From positions 96,001 through 160,000 of the forward strand of contig CAWBKB010000006.1 of NCBI GenBank assembly GCA_963789265.1: DNA of 64,000 nt, read 5' to 3'. A model generated the notes under the pieces. It ran no database searches and was not told the DNA's origin. It worked only from the letters and a program-made list of their open reading frames with translations. The translations under genes and the position numbers were made by a program. Every line of letters starts with the position of its first letter. Within the stretch, counting starts at the first letter, position 1. Origin of the DNA: an uncultured delta proteobacterium (GTDB taxonomy: Bacteria; Desulfobacterota; Desulfomonilia; Desulfomonilales; Desulfomonilaceae). This document shows positions 30,501 to 40,278 of the stretch, piece after piece.

Positions 30501-30739
30501 TTGAGGGCTTGAGACCCGGAGTCGTCGCGGTGTCTTGGCACTTTGGCCATTGGGCGAGCGGCTCTCGGGACATGACCGTTGATGGGAATTTGGTCAAGGG
30601 TAACCCGAGACGATCACGCGGCCTTTGTCCCAATCCGGTCATGTTGGAGGACTCGGTAGTGCGCGATGTCTGTCTTACCGACCCAATCGGTGGCAGTGCA
30701 TCGTTTTATGATACTTACGTGAAAATTACGCGGATCTAG
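27557..30739 (+). CDS. Molybdopterin oxidoreductase catalytic subunit, TtrA/SrdA-like (frameshifts at ~28263, ~28577, ~29358)
   Basis: RRDFLR Tat motif, CLQCHTDC...CPKG, GGDLFGEGHV, putative Mo-ligand segment HTTICEQSHH, ADYVFPDSTYLERWG, DPIGGSASFYDT. Four ORFs join by single-base removals. Confidence 0.85.
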
Positions 30740-30940
30740 GCCTTGGGTGGTGCATCCCGGGCTTCATACACTGCGTGGGGCGTAAGCGCGCGACCATGGA
30801 ACGCCCCGAGAGCCTCAGCTTTGGCTTTGAGCATCGTGGACGCAAGACACAAGCCCGTAACAGAGGCCAGGGAGTACCGGCCTCCTAGATAGCGCGAAGA
30901 TGACGTTATTCAGGGACGCACTGAACCACAGGAGGATAGC

Positions 30941-31222
30941 ATGCCCACGTACCTGAGCATTCACCATGAAAACACCGTGGACCAAGTCTTGCTCGAATCC
31001 AGATGGACTGAAATTTCCATGGACACAAGAGCTCTTTGGGAAGTGACATTATTCAACTTGGAACAGGGAAGACGCTGGTGCGAATGGGAGGCTCCTGACC
31101 GTGCCGCTATAGAGGAAATATTCGATGAGCTTGGAATCAAATGGACAGAGATTCTTGAAGTGGAAGTAACCACTGCGTCCAGATGGCGATCATGGGAGGC
31201 ACAGTCGAGAAGCAGATACTAG
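30941..31222 (+). CDS. DUF4242/SCO4226-like small protein, copy 1
   Basis: GGAGG RBS; MPxYLxIH, WCEWEAPD, EILEV pattern. Confidence 0.7.
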   Translation: MPTYLSIHHENTVDQVLLESRWTEISMDTRALWEVTLFNLEQGRRWCEWEAPDRAAIEEIFDELGIKWTEILEVEVTTASRWRSWEAQSRSRY

Positions 31223-31524
31223 ATTGTCCCTAGATTTCGGCATGTGTCTCTGGGATGGTGCGTCCTAACGGTGCCGCAGAGGGGATGGGAGCAGGTGGAT
31301 TACTTCCCGACCGATTTCGGCAAGAATAGTCATTTGGTCAGAGCAAAGCGTGAAGGCTGTCCAGGACAGATTGCTCAGGATTTCCTTCAACGAACCCATC
31401 CCTCTCTTGCTCCGCAAACTAAAGCTGGCACGGTATGTCAATTCGTTATTGAGGCAAGCACAACGACAACATCTCAGAACTCTATGATTCAACCCTTAGT
31501 GGCTCGAAGACAACGGAGGAAAAC

Positions 31525-31788
31525 ATGCCGCACTACCTCACCATTCATCATGAACCGGTCTCGTCCAAACGTGAAATAGAATCAAGGTGGGCTGCTTTGG
31601 CAGAAGAGCGCAGAGCGTTCTGGGTAAAAACCTGGTACAATCTTTCTGAAGGTAGACGATTCTGCTGGTGGGATGCTCCAGATGGTGCAACGCTTGAAAA
31701 AATCTTCTCTGATCATGGAGTAAATTGGGAGGAAATCGTCAAGGTCAACATTACCGGCCCCAGTGAATGGAGATGGCGAGAAGACTGA
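31525..31788 (+). CDS. DUF4242/SCO4226-like small protein, copy 2
   Basis: GGAGG RBS; MPHYLTIHHE, FCWWDAPD; clear paralog of 30941..31222. Confidence 0.7.
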   Translation: MPHYLTIHHEPVSSKREIESRWAALAEERRAFWVKTWYNLSEGRRFCWWDAPDGATLEKIFSDHGVNWEEIVKVNITGPSEWRWRED

Positions 31789-32145
31789 TGAATCAGGCCA
31801 TGAACGCTTTTCTTTTTTTTCAGTGACCAACGCCCACAACTCAAATTACATCGCAGATACTTCGCTCCACCGCTCCATATCTTTAACTGCTCTTACCAGT
31901 TCCATCGGGAGGCCTTCACAGATCGAAGGTCGGTAAGGCCGGCCGGCCACCCTCCTGGTTAGCATTATTGTTTACGAAGAAATGAATCCAAAATTAGGAT
32001 GCTGCATCTAGTTGTCAGGGTGGTGGATGACTTTACGAAGAGTTCGTCAGGCCCGATAAGATGGTTGGCAGTCACCGTGGTCAAATCTTTTGTTGACATC
32101 GAGCTCACGTGAGGCGGTTCGGCTGGCTATCAAGGAGGCTAATCG

Positions 32146-33330
32146 ATGAGAACAATAAATATGGACCATGTGGGCGCATCCCAGATCCTCCCTGAGGTGG
32201 CCGACGATATGACCCCATTTCTAAGGGAGAAGTACGCCAACCCATCGAGCATTTATGGCCTTGGAGAAGAGATAACCGAGGCAATGGAAGAGGCACGGGA
32301 TAAAGTGGCCAATCTAATCAATGCACGCGAGGACGAAGTCATCTTCACGTCAGGGGGAACCGAATCGAATAACTGGGCAGTGAAAGGTGTCATCCAGGCG
32401 AATCGAGCTCGGGGAAACCACTTGATAACTTCTTCAGTAGAGCACTTCTCTACAATGCATGCTGCAAGGTCCCTGGAGAATCAGGGCATAGAAGTCACCT
32501 GGCTTCCAGTGGACGAGTACGGAATAGTGAATCCCGAGGACGTTGAAAGTGCCATTACACCGCAAACAGTGCTAATTTCCGTGATGCATGCAAACAACGA
32601 AGTTGGAAGTATTCAGCCCATAGCTGAAATCGGCCAGATTGCGCGGCAACATAAGATCCTCTTCCACACCGATGCCGTGGCAACGACTGGGGGCATCCCT
32701 GTTGACGTAGAGACCCTCAACGTAGATCTCTTATCATTGGCTGCAAACCCGTTTTACGGTCCGTTGGGAGTCGGGGCTATATATATACGTAGAGGCACTA
32801 AGGTATCGCCGTTTATGGACGGAGGAAGACAAGAAAGGGGTTTTCGGGCCGGTACCGAAAACGTGTTAGGCATCGTGGGCATGGGGAAAGCCGCTGAAAT
32901 TGCCGCAAGTGAAATGTCTGCTCGCATCGCTCACCTTATTCCTCTGAGGGACCGCCTAATCAAGGAGATTCCATCAGCCATAGAAGAGGTCGCTCTTGTG
33001 GGCCATCCTACTCGGCGGCTGCCGGGTAACGCTAGCTTCGTTGTCAGGTATATTGAGGGTGAGTCCATGCTACTCTTTCTGGACATGGGGGGGATCCAAG
33101 TAGCCAGCGGATCGGCCTGCATTTCAATGACGCTCAAGGCTTCCCATGTCTTGTTGGCGATGGGCATCGATCACGGAACAGCTCAGGGATCGCTGCTTTT
33201 AACGCTTGGCCTGGACAATACTGACGAGGACGTTGATGATTTGTTGAGGATATTACCTCCAATCGTTCAGAGACTGCGAGACATGTCCCCACTCTATAAA
33301 AAAATGACGAAGTTTAAGACTGTGGGCTAG
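32146..33330 (+). CDS. iscS: IscS/NifS-like protein lacking the PLP-binding lysine
   Basis: TSGGTESNN, MHANNEVG, RAGTEN and SGSAC retained; SxHKxYGPKG replaced by AANPFYGPLG. Confidence 0.9.
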   Translation: MRTINMDHVGASQILPEVADDMTPFLREKYANPSSIYGLGEEITEAMEEARDKVANLINAREDEVIFTSGGTESNNWAVKGVIQANRARGNHLITSSVEHFSTMHAARSLENQGIEVTWLPVDEYGIVNPEDVESAITPQTVLISVMHANNEVGSIQPIAEIGQIARQHKILFHTDAVATTGGIPVDVETLNVDLLSLAANPFYGPLGVGAIYIRRGTKVSPFMDGGRQERGFRAGTENVLGIVGMGKAAEIAASEMSARIAHLIPLRDRLIKEIPSAIEEVALVGHPTRRLPGNASFVVRYIEGESMLLFLDMGGIQVASGSACISMTLKASHVLLAMGIDHGTAQGSLLLTLGLDNTDEDVDDLLRILPPIVQRLRDMSPLYKKMTKFKTVG

Positions 33331-33455
33331 GCCCGAGGGGACGGCCGACGTGAAAGAGGATAGAAAAGCCGCAAGGAATTACCAAGAGCTAGAGGTATCA
33401 GGCTCTTCGTCACCGCTGCGAGGTGATGGGCCGAAATCACCAAGGGAGTGAGGAT

Positions 33456-33941
33456 ATGTACAGCGAAAAAGTCATGGATCATTTCAAAAATCCTCGAAAC
33501 GTTGGAGAAATTTACGATGCGGATGGCGTCGGCGAAGTGGGCAATCCCGCATGCGGAGACATCATGGCTTTTTATATCAAGGTCAAGGATGACGTTTTGG
33601 AAGACGTCAAATTCAAGACATTCGGATGCGGTGCTGCCATCGCGGTTTCGAGCATGGTCAGTGAGCTGGCCGTGGGCAAAACTCTTGACGAGGCTATGAA
33701 GATCACCAACAAATCAGTAATGGAAGCGCTTGATGGGCTGCCCAAGAAAAAGCACCATTGCTCCAATCTCGGAGCGGATGCCCTGCACCGGGCTATCGAG
33801 GACTATCGGGCCAAGCAGAAAGGCAAGCAGTACCAAAAGCCCCATGATTCACCCGAAGTGTGTGAGTGCCCAATCTGCGATGTAAACGATCCCGAAGAGG
33901 CGCCATATTGTTCTGCCGTGTGCGAACACTCGTCCAAGTAG
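33456..33941 (+). CDS. iscU: IscU/NifU-type Fe-S scaffold with Cys-rich C-terminal extension
   Basis: YSEKVMDHFKNPRNVG, GNPACGD, FGCGAAIA, LPKKKHHCS. Confidence 0.93.
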   Translation: MYSEKVMDHFKNPRNVGEIYDADGVGEVGNPACGDIMAFYIKVKDDVLEDVKFKTFGCGAAIAVSSMVSELAVGKTLDEAMKITNKSVMEALDGLPKKKHHCSNLGADALHRAIEDYRAKQKGKQYQKPHDSPEVCECPICDVNDPEEAPYCSAVCEHSSK

Positions 33942-34167
33942 CCTTCTTGCCGCATCGCCGTAAGTTTGAGCTGGGCCAAGAACGCCAGATGCCAACATGC
34001 CGTCTGAGAGGCCGTGGAAAGGTCTCAAGGAAGTTCCGCCGAAACAGGAGCACTCCTGTGGTAACACCCCGAGGTCAAACATCTATCAGCAGTTCCTCGG
34101 ATGCGCCATGAGGTGGCTTGCATGAGATGGCGGATCTCTGTGAACGGGTCTTTCAGGGTGTTTTAGG

Positions 34168-34289
34168 ACTCCTTTTCACAAATACGGTCTCTTATTCTGG
34201 TACCGTAGCCGTCATTCCCGCGCATGCGGGAATCCAGTAGGACCGGCCTCCGTGCCGGTTATTCGCGAAACGCCGGCAGGGACGCCGGC
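34168..34289. repeat. ~120-bp palindrome-rich dispersed repeat; near-identical inverted copy at 42757-42874
   Basis: ...CCGTAGCCGTCATTCCCGCGCAyGCGGGAATCCAG...GCCGGCAGGGACGCCGGC present at both sites in opposite orientation. Confidence 0.85.
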
Positions 34290-34329
34290 GCTACCGTGCA
34301 ATTGGCGCCGTAATGATGAAATTCTGTAC

Positions 34330-34938
34330 TTAGCCAAATGCCGCAACATCGCCCTTTCCCGCGCGAAGCACCTTGGGCTCTTCTTCGAGCAGGCTGATAA
34401 TCGAAGAAGGTTCCGGTAAAAACACGCCCCCATCGATTACAAGGTCCACTTGGCCTTTGTACATACCGTCGATCACCCTGGGATCATCCAGGAGTTGATC
34501 GTCGGGCATGCGCACAGACGAGCTGAGGATAGGGTTTCCCAGTTCGGTCACCAGGGCCTGGCAGATGCGATTGTCAGGAATACGAATCCCAACTTCGTTG
34601 CGTTTCGTCAGCACTATCCTCGGGACCAGTCGTGTGGCCTTCAGGACAAAGGTGTAAGGGCCGGGCAAGTAACGTCGCAAGATCTTGTACGCGTTGTCGC
34701 TCACCTGTGCGTACTGAGAAATCGTCTTCAGGTCCGCAAAAACAAAGGAAAGATGCCTCTTGGGGTCGATTTTCTTGATCCGGCGGACTCTATCAAGAGC
34801 TTTCTTGCTCTTAATATCGCAACCAAGGCCGTATACAGTATCGGTGGGATAAACTATAACGCCGTCGGTACGGAGAACATCTGCGACTCGAGCAATATGC
34901 CTGGGTTGAGGATGAAGTTGATTTATTTGGAGAATCAT
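34330..34938 (-). CDS. Sua5/YciO/YrdC family protein
   Basis: YPTDTVYGLGC, LPGPYTF, VGIRIPD, VIDGG. Confidence 0.92.
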   Translation of the reverse strand: MILQINQLHPQPRHIARVADVLRTDGVIVYPTDTVYGLGCDIKSKKALDRVRRIKKIDPKRHLSFVFADLKTISQYAQVSDNAYKILRRYLPGPYTFVLKATRLVPRIVLTKRNEVGIRIPDNRICQALVTELGNPILSSSVRMPDDQLLDDPRVIDGMYKGQVDLVIDGGVFLPEPSSIISLLEEEPKVLRAGKGDVAAFG

Positions 34939-35015
34939 GGCCGGTGCCTCGTGCAATAAATTTACCGGAAAAGGCCAAGGCAGGCCGGCAAACGAAACCT
35001 GCCGTCAGTGGAAGA

Positions 35016-36176
35016 TTAGCTTAAATCTCTGGAATTTTGGGGGCAATCCACTGAGCCTGAGTAAACTACCCGCCCGTCAAGCAGAATATCGCAGCCGACA
35101 CGGAAGGCTTTTACCGTGACGAGCCGCGGAGCTTGCTCCAACCTGCTGATCCCGTTGCCCCCCACGCCCGATGGAGCGTTTGTTCCGCCGATTATGATGG
35201 GGGCATAGAAGAATAAGCACCGGTCCACCACTCCCGCGTCGAGTGCTCCCCAGGCCAAAGTCGCTCCACCTTCAATAAGGACTGAGGTAATACCAACCTT
35301 GTACAAACGATTTAGCAGATCGGTCATGTCCACGCGCGTGGATCCCTTGGTACTCAGGATATTGGCGCCATGTTGCTCCAGAATGGCTTTGTTGTCCCGC
35401 GGAGGTTCTTTCCGCGTTGCTATTATGACCGCAGCCGCCGAATCGGGATTGAAGATCGCAGCGCTCGCCGGGGTTCTCAAATTCGAGTCCACCACAATAC
35501 GAACGGGATCGCGTCCTCGGCCATCCGGCAGACGGGTCGTCAACATGGGATTGTCCGCAAGAACCGTCCCCACGCCCACCATAATGGCCGATACGCGATC
35601 TCTCAGCCTGTGGACCTTTTGTCGAGAAGCTTCGCACGTAATCCAGCGCGCGTGGCCGGTTTTTGTGGCGATTCGCCCGTCAAGACTCATGGCCAACTTC
35701 AGGAAGACAAACGGACGGTGAAGGGTGACGTTGGTTAGATACACTTCGTTGATTCGGCGGCAGCGGTTTTCAATCACATGGCCTATAACTTCTATGCCGG
35801 CCTCTCTCAGGGTCTTGGCACCTCCACCCCGAACGCCCGGGTTCAGATCGTCCATGCCGTACCAAACCCGAGCGATTCCTGCTTCGCGGATCGCGTCCGT
35901 ACACGGAGGTGTGCGACCGTGATGATTGCACGGCTCCAGTGTCACATACAGCTCGGCCCCGCGTGCCTCGGAACCGGCGGAACGAATGGCCTCCACTTCG
36001 GCGTGCGCTTCTCCGGCAGCACGATGGTAACCTTTTCCCACCACCTTGCCGTTTTTAACGAGCACTGCCCCAACAGCGGGATTGGGGGCAGTTCGTCCGA
36101 CTCCGCGGCGTGCAAGCCGAAGGGCCATAGCCATAAAACGTTCGGCTTCACGGGGAATCGTGGACTGTTGCGCCAT
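35016..36176 (-). CDS. ribD: Riboflavin biosynthesis deaminase/reductase
   Basis: [29 protein letters not shown]. Start uncertain (36230 or 36176). Confidence 0.96.
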   Translation of the reverse strand: MAQQSTIPREAERFMAMALRLARRGVGRTAPNPAVGAVLVKNGKVVGKGYHRAAGEAHAEVEAIRSAGSEARGAELYVTLEPCNHHGRTPPCTDAIREAGIARVWYGMDDLNPGVRGGGAKTLREAGIEVIGHVIENRCRRINEVYLTNVTLHRPFVFLKLAMSLDGRIATKTGHARWITCEASRQKVHRLRDRVSAIMVGVGTVLADNPMLTTRLPDGRGRDPVRIVVDSNLRTPASAAIFNPDSAAAVIIATRKEPPRDNKAILEQHGANILSTKGSTRVDMTDLLNRLYKVGITSVLIEGGATLAWGALDAGVVDRCLFFYAPIIIGGTNAPSGVGGNGISRLEQAPRLVTVKAFRVGCDILLDGRVVYSGSVDCPQNSRDLS

Positions 36177-36672
36177 TATCCGGGGGGCCGCTTTCAGGTG
36201 GCCGTTGCTCCCGGGCTTCTCTGAGTTCATACAATTCCTTTATCTCTTTCATAAATTCTTCAATGTCCCGGAAAGACCGATACACCGATGCAAAACGTAC
36301 ATAAGCGACGTCATCCATGCGCTTGAGTTCCTCCATTACCCGCTCGCCTATATACGCAACATTGATCTCCTTTTCCGGCCTTTCCATTAACTCCTGCTCG
36401 ATGGAGTCGGCAACCACCTCAATTTTGTCTATGCTAACCGGTCTTTTTTCGCAGGCCCGGCGCATCCCTTCGACAATCTTTCTTCGATCGAACGCCTCGC
36501 GACGGCCGTCTTTTTTGATGACATACGGCAGGATCTCTTCTATCCTCTCGTAAGTCGTAAACCTTTTTTTGCAGTTGAGGCACTCGCGTCGTCGACGAAT
36601 CACCGAATTGTCCTTACCGAGGCGGGAGTCGATCACTCTGTCATCGATAGCTCCGCAGGCAGGGCATCTCAT
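36148..36672 (-). CDS. nrdR: Transcriptional repressor NrdR
   Basis: CPAC...[19 protein letters not shown] cone, [10 protein letters not shown]. Confidence 0.97.
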   Translation of the reverse strand: MRCPACGAIDDRVIDSRLGKDNSVIRRRRECLNCKKRFTTYERIEEILPYVIKKDGRREAFDRRKIVEGMRRACEKRPVSIDKIEVVADSIEQELMERPEKEINVAYIGERVMEELKRMDDVAYVRFASVYRSFRDIEEFMKEIKELYELREAREQRPPESGPPDNGATVHDSP

Positions 36673-36866
36673 TTTAACCGCCTTTCAGCGCGTAGTCAGT
36701 AAAATATTATCGCCGGCAGATATTTATAATGAATCCCGGTATGATGCAAGTAAAATAAAGAATTATGGTAATCCTTTGCCGAGGATAGCCCGGAGTACGC
36801 AGAGAAATTTGTACTCGTTCCTTTTCTCTGAATTGAGGCACGGCGCATTAGGAACCGCAACGGTGA

Positions 36867-37078
36867 AGAGACTGTCTCAAAACTCTTGAACTGGACGCAA
36901 TAGTAACACGAAATTCCCTCACCCTTACCCTCTCCCAAAGGGCGAGGGGACGTTAATAGAGACCTTGGATCAGCTCCCTCTCCCTCTGGGAGAGGGCTGG
37001 GGTGAGGGCACCGAAAATGACCACCAGGCTTAATCGTGGCACGATTTTGGGCATCAAAATGGTTTTGAGACAGTTTCT
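36867..37078. mobile_element. MITE-like element with 17-bp TIR enclosing a CCCTCACCC...GGGTGAGGG palindrome pair
   Basis: AGAGACTGTCTCAAAAC ... GTTTTGAGACAGTTTCT (16/17 inverted match). Confidence 0.7.
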
Positions 37079-37191
37079 GAAGGCTTGCCAGGCCGACGTT
37101 GCACCGATTTGGAGTATGGCACGTTAGGGAAGCGGCTATTTCTCTCTGCGACTTCGGCATTCTTTGCGTTGAACCTCGCCGGAGGGTTCTA

Positions 37192-37484
37192 AGCATTCAC
37201 TTACGAGCGGTAAGAGATTGTCATTGCGAGCGAAGCGAAGCAATCTTTTCCTTTTAACGCCGCTTATAGCCGTTGCCAAAAGTAATGACCTGTTCACCAC
37301 CCGTCACCCCGGCGAAGGCCGGGGTCCAGAACATATTGAAAAGACTGGATTCCGGCCGCCGCCGGGATGACGGCGTCAGGCTACCTCTAATCGGACAAAA
37401 CTTTTGGCAATGGGTATAGATTGCTTCGTCGTTTCACTCCTCGCAATGACAAGGTACAGAAGATCCCCTGCATAAGTGAATGGA
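37192..37484. mobile_element. Nested MITE/REP composite
   Basis: Outer CATTCACTTA/TAAGTGAATG, then GTCATTGCGAG/CTCGCAATGAC, then TA|TAGCCGTTGCCAAAAGT...ACTTTTGGCAATGGGTA|TA (37267-37416), then a GTCACCCCGGC...CGGGATGAC doublet. Confidence 0.75.
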
Positions 37485-37644
37485 TCCGAGAGTTGAATTC
37501 GTTTCTTGACAAGTTCACTCGCGGGGCTATCCTAGAATCGTCCAAAATTCGAGCGGATTTCCGGAAAGTGCCGGGCCGGCTTCCTGAGCGAAGGCCTTTG
37601 TTTGACTTCACAAGGTGGGGGCATTACTCGATCGGAGCAACAAA

Positions 37645-39762
37645 ATGGTGAACAAAAGAGTCGAACGGTCCGCCTGTCGGATGTGCCACGGCGTGTGCCA
37701 GGTTCTTGTCCACATGGAAGGAGACAGAGTCGTCAAGATCGCCGGAGATCCCGACAGTTACACCAGCCGAGGCTATCTGTGCCCCAAAGGTGCTGCCTCG
37801 CCTCAGTTGCTCTATCACCCCGATCGCCTCACCCATCCTCTGCGCCGAGCGGGGCAACGCGGCGAAAACAAATGGACGCACGTTTCGTGGGATGATGCAC
37901 TCGACGAGATGGCCGAGCGTCTGAGCGCTATCAAAAGAGAGAGCGGCTCTGAATATTTCGCGATGATGCAGGGCACAGGACGGCCCTATACCGGGTTCAC
38001 GGCACGGTTCGCCAATGCCTTCGGAACTCCGAATTTCACCGGCGACACGCATATTTGCTATTTTCCGCGTGTTGTGGCGTCAATTTTTACCCTGGGACAG
38101 CTTCCCGTATGCGACGTCTACGGTTTTGGCGGTGAACGGCCGGCATGCGTAGTGGTGTGGGGATGCAACGTAACCTATGCCGGAGCTTCCGACGGAATGT
38201 GCGGAGGAATGGTGCAAAGGGCAATCAAGGCCGCGCGGAAAGTTATCGTGGTGGACCCGAGGCGGATCGGCCCGGCAGAAAATGCCGACCATTGGCTACA
38301 GGTGCGGCCGGGAACAGATGGTGCCCTGGCGCTTGCCATGATAAACACGATTATTGCCGAGGAACTGGTTGACCTGGATTTTGTGGAAAATTACACGATA
38401 GGCTTCGATTCGCTGGTGGAGCATGTTCGTCCATTCACGCCTGAATGGGCCGAGAGCATTTCAAGGGTCCCTGCGACCGACATCCGGTCCGCGGCACGCA
38501 CGTACGCAACCACTAAACCTGCGTGTATTCAATGGGGCATGGCCCTGGATGCAAGCCCGTGCAGCTTTCAGACCGCTCGTTCTCTGCTCATACTCCGTGC
38601 CTTGACCGGCAACATTGACCGACCCGGTAGTGATGTCCTGTGGATCCCGCCGGAAAAGGTTCGCCAGAAATCGCCTTTCATGAATCATGAAGTTGTCGGT
38701 GAGCATTTCTTGCCGCCGGAGAAGGCCGCTCGGGCCATTGATGCGGGGAAATACCCGATGAATCCTATAGTGCACCCGCCGTCGTTCTGGCGCTCGGTCA
38801 TTACAGGCGAACCCTACCGGATTCGGGCTTTCTGGATTGTGGGGTCAAATCCGCTTCTCACTATGACGCATTCTTTGGAAATTGAGAAGGCCCTGAATAT
38901 GATTGAATTTGTTGTTGTCTCGGATCTTTTCCTCACACCGACGGCCCAGCTTGCCGATCTGGTGTTGCCTGCGGTGACATGGCTGGAACAGGAAGACGTG
39001 TTTAACCTTCACAAGATCTGGTGCGTGCTTGCCAGGAAGAAACTCGCGCAAATCGGTGAAAGCCGGGACGATCGCGAAGTGATCATTCAACTCGCAAGAA
39101 GACTGGGCTTGGAAGAGGCGTTTCCCTGGGACGATTTGCGGCACTACAACGAATGGATCCTTGAAGAAACGGGCATGAGCTTTGATGAGTTTTGCGAGAA
39201 AGGGATTATGAAAGGCGAGATGCGATACGACAAATACAAAACCGAAGGCTTTGGCACACCTTCCGGCAAGTTCGAGATATACTCGGAGAGACTGAAATCG
39301 CTGGGCGTTGCCCCGTTGCCTATTTACAGAGAGCCGCCCTTCACACCGGTCTCTGCTGCGGAGGTAGCCGAGAAATATCCGCTGGTATTGACCAACTCGG
39401 GAAAAGTCAGAGAGTTTTTTCTCAGTGAGGGCAGGCAGATAGATGCTCTCAGGAAGGCGAATCCCGATCCGCTCGTAGAAATTCATCCTGACACCGCAGA
39501 AAAGTTGAGCATTGGCGAAGGCGATTGGGTGTGGATAGAGACAAGGATCGCGCGAGTAAAAATGCGAGCGAAGTACTTCGATGGAATTGCCCGAGACGTC
39601 GTTGCTGCTCAGTTCGGGTGGTGGTTTCCCGAAAAGCCTCCTCCCGAGTACGGGTGGAAAGAAAGCAGCATGAACCTGCTATACGGCGATGAGGTGTACG
39701 ATCCGGATACCGGCTCCGAGCCGTTGAACGGCATCCCGTGCAGAGTGTATCCGTGCGGATAA
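37645..39762 (+). CDS. Cytoplasmic single-subunit Mo/W-bisPGD oxidoreductase (acetylene-hydratase-like clade)
   Basis: CRMCHGVC...CPKG, HICYFPR, PGTDGALAL, TPSGKFE, VEIHPDTA; no Tat signal. Confidence 0.88.
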   Translation: MVNKRVERSACRMCHGVCQVLVHMEGDRVVKIAGDPDSYTSRGYLCPKGAASPQLLYHPDRLTHPLRRAGQRGENKWTHVSWDDALDEMAERLSAIKRESGSEYFAMMQGTGRPYTGFTARFANAFGTPNFTGDTHICYFPRVVASIFTLGQLPVCDVYGFGGERPACVVVWGCNVTYAGASDGMCGGMVQRAIKAARKVIVVDPRRIGPAENADHWLQVRPGTDGALALAMINTIIAEELVDLDFVENYTIGFDSLVEHVRPFTPEWAESISRVPATDIRSAARTYATTKPACIQWGMALDASPCSFQTARSLLILRALTGNIDRPGSDVLWIPPEKVRQKSPFMNHEVVGEHFLPPEKAARAIDAGKYPMNPIVHPPSFWRSVITGEPYRIRAFWIVGSNPLLTMTHSLEIEKALNMIEFVVVSDLFLTPTAQLADLVLPAVTWLEQEDVFNLHKIWCVLARKKLAQIGESRDDREVIIQLARRLGLEEAFPWDDLRHYNEWILEETGMSFDEFCEKGIMKGEMRYDKYKTEGFGTPSGKFEIYSERLKSLGVAPLPIYREPPFTPVSAAEVAEKYPLVLTNSGKVREFFLSEGRQIDALRKANPDPLVEIHPDTAEKLSIGEGDWVWIETRIARVKMRAKYFDGIARDVVAAQFGWWFPEKPPPEYGWKESSMNLLYGDEVYDPDTGSEPLNGIPCRVYPCG

Positions 39763-39934
39763 AAACCGATCTCAGGGTGGGATTCGGAATTGCTCTTCTC
39801 GCGTCTCGCGGGATTACAGACCGGTATTTGGGGTGCCCCATCGGATAGACGTACAGCGAAAACAGAATTCTCCGCGATCTATGCGTTCTCCGCGGTGAAC
39901 TATTGCGTTTTATGCTCCAAGATGTGCCGCACTC

Positions 39935-40159
39935 TTGAGCCCGACGGGGCTCAAATACAAGCGTCCCGGAGGGACTGCACGATAGTAGCCCGGCGATTTA
40001 TCGCCGGGAATGAACGGCCAAGAGATCCTTCTTCGTTCCCGAGGGGCGCCCGAAGGATACATCCTTCGGGCGCCCCTCGGGAACGAAGATTGAATCATTG
40101 CTTATCGGCCACCCGGCAATGAATTGCCGGGCTACTATCATTGAGCCCCGTCGGGCTCA
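39935..40159. repeat. Long branched palindrome (REP-doublet-like)
   Basis: GATAGTAGCCCGGCGATTTATCGCCGGG / CCCGGCAATGAATTGCCGGGCTACTATC arms, central CTTCGTTCCCGAGGGGCGCCCGAAGGAT hairpin, GAGCCC..GGGCTC hairpins at both ends. Confidence 0.85.
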
Positions 40160-40278
40160 CAGAGGGCAGGCTCGTTATTTTAACGCCTATGCCCCTTCAC
40201 GAAACGGGACAAAAATCGGTAAGTTAACGCCTATGAGGCGGAGCCTGGGAACGAGAAAATGAAAGTGTTGTTAAACCT

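Noticed and set aside
30790..30900. Possible Moco riboswitch after the molybdoenzyme operon
   Set aside because: Only a short GGCC...GGCCTCC resemblance; the conserved stems could not be assembled. Needs an Infernal/Rfam search.
31426..31440. TGGCAC upstream of the second DUF4242-like gene as a sigma54 promoter
   Set aside because: The -12 position reads CA rather than GC.
36696..37196. 166-aa ORF and similar ORFs over repeats (e.g. 9526, 39790, 43235, 49084, 56539)
   Set aside because: Translations of palindromic elements, with no RBS or protein-family features.
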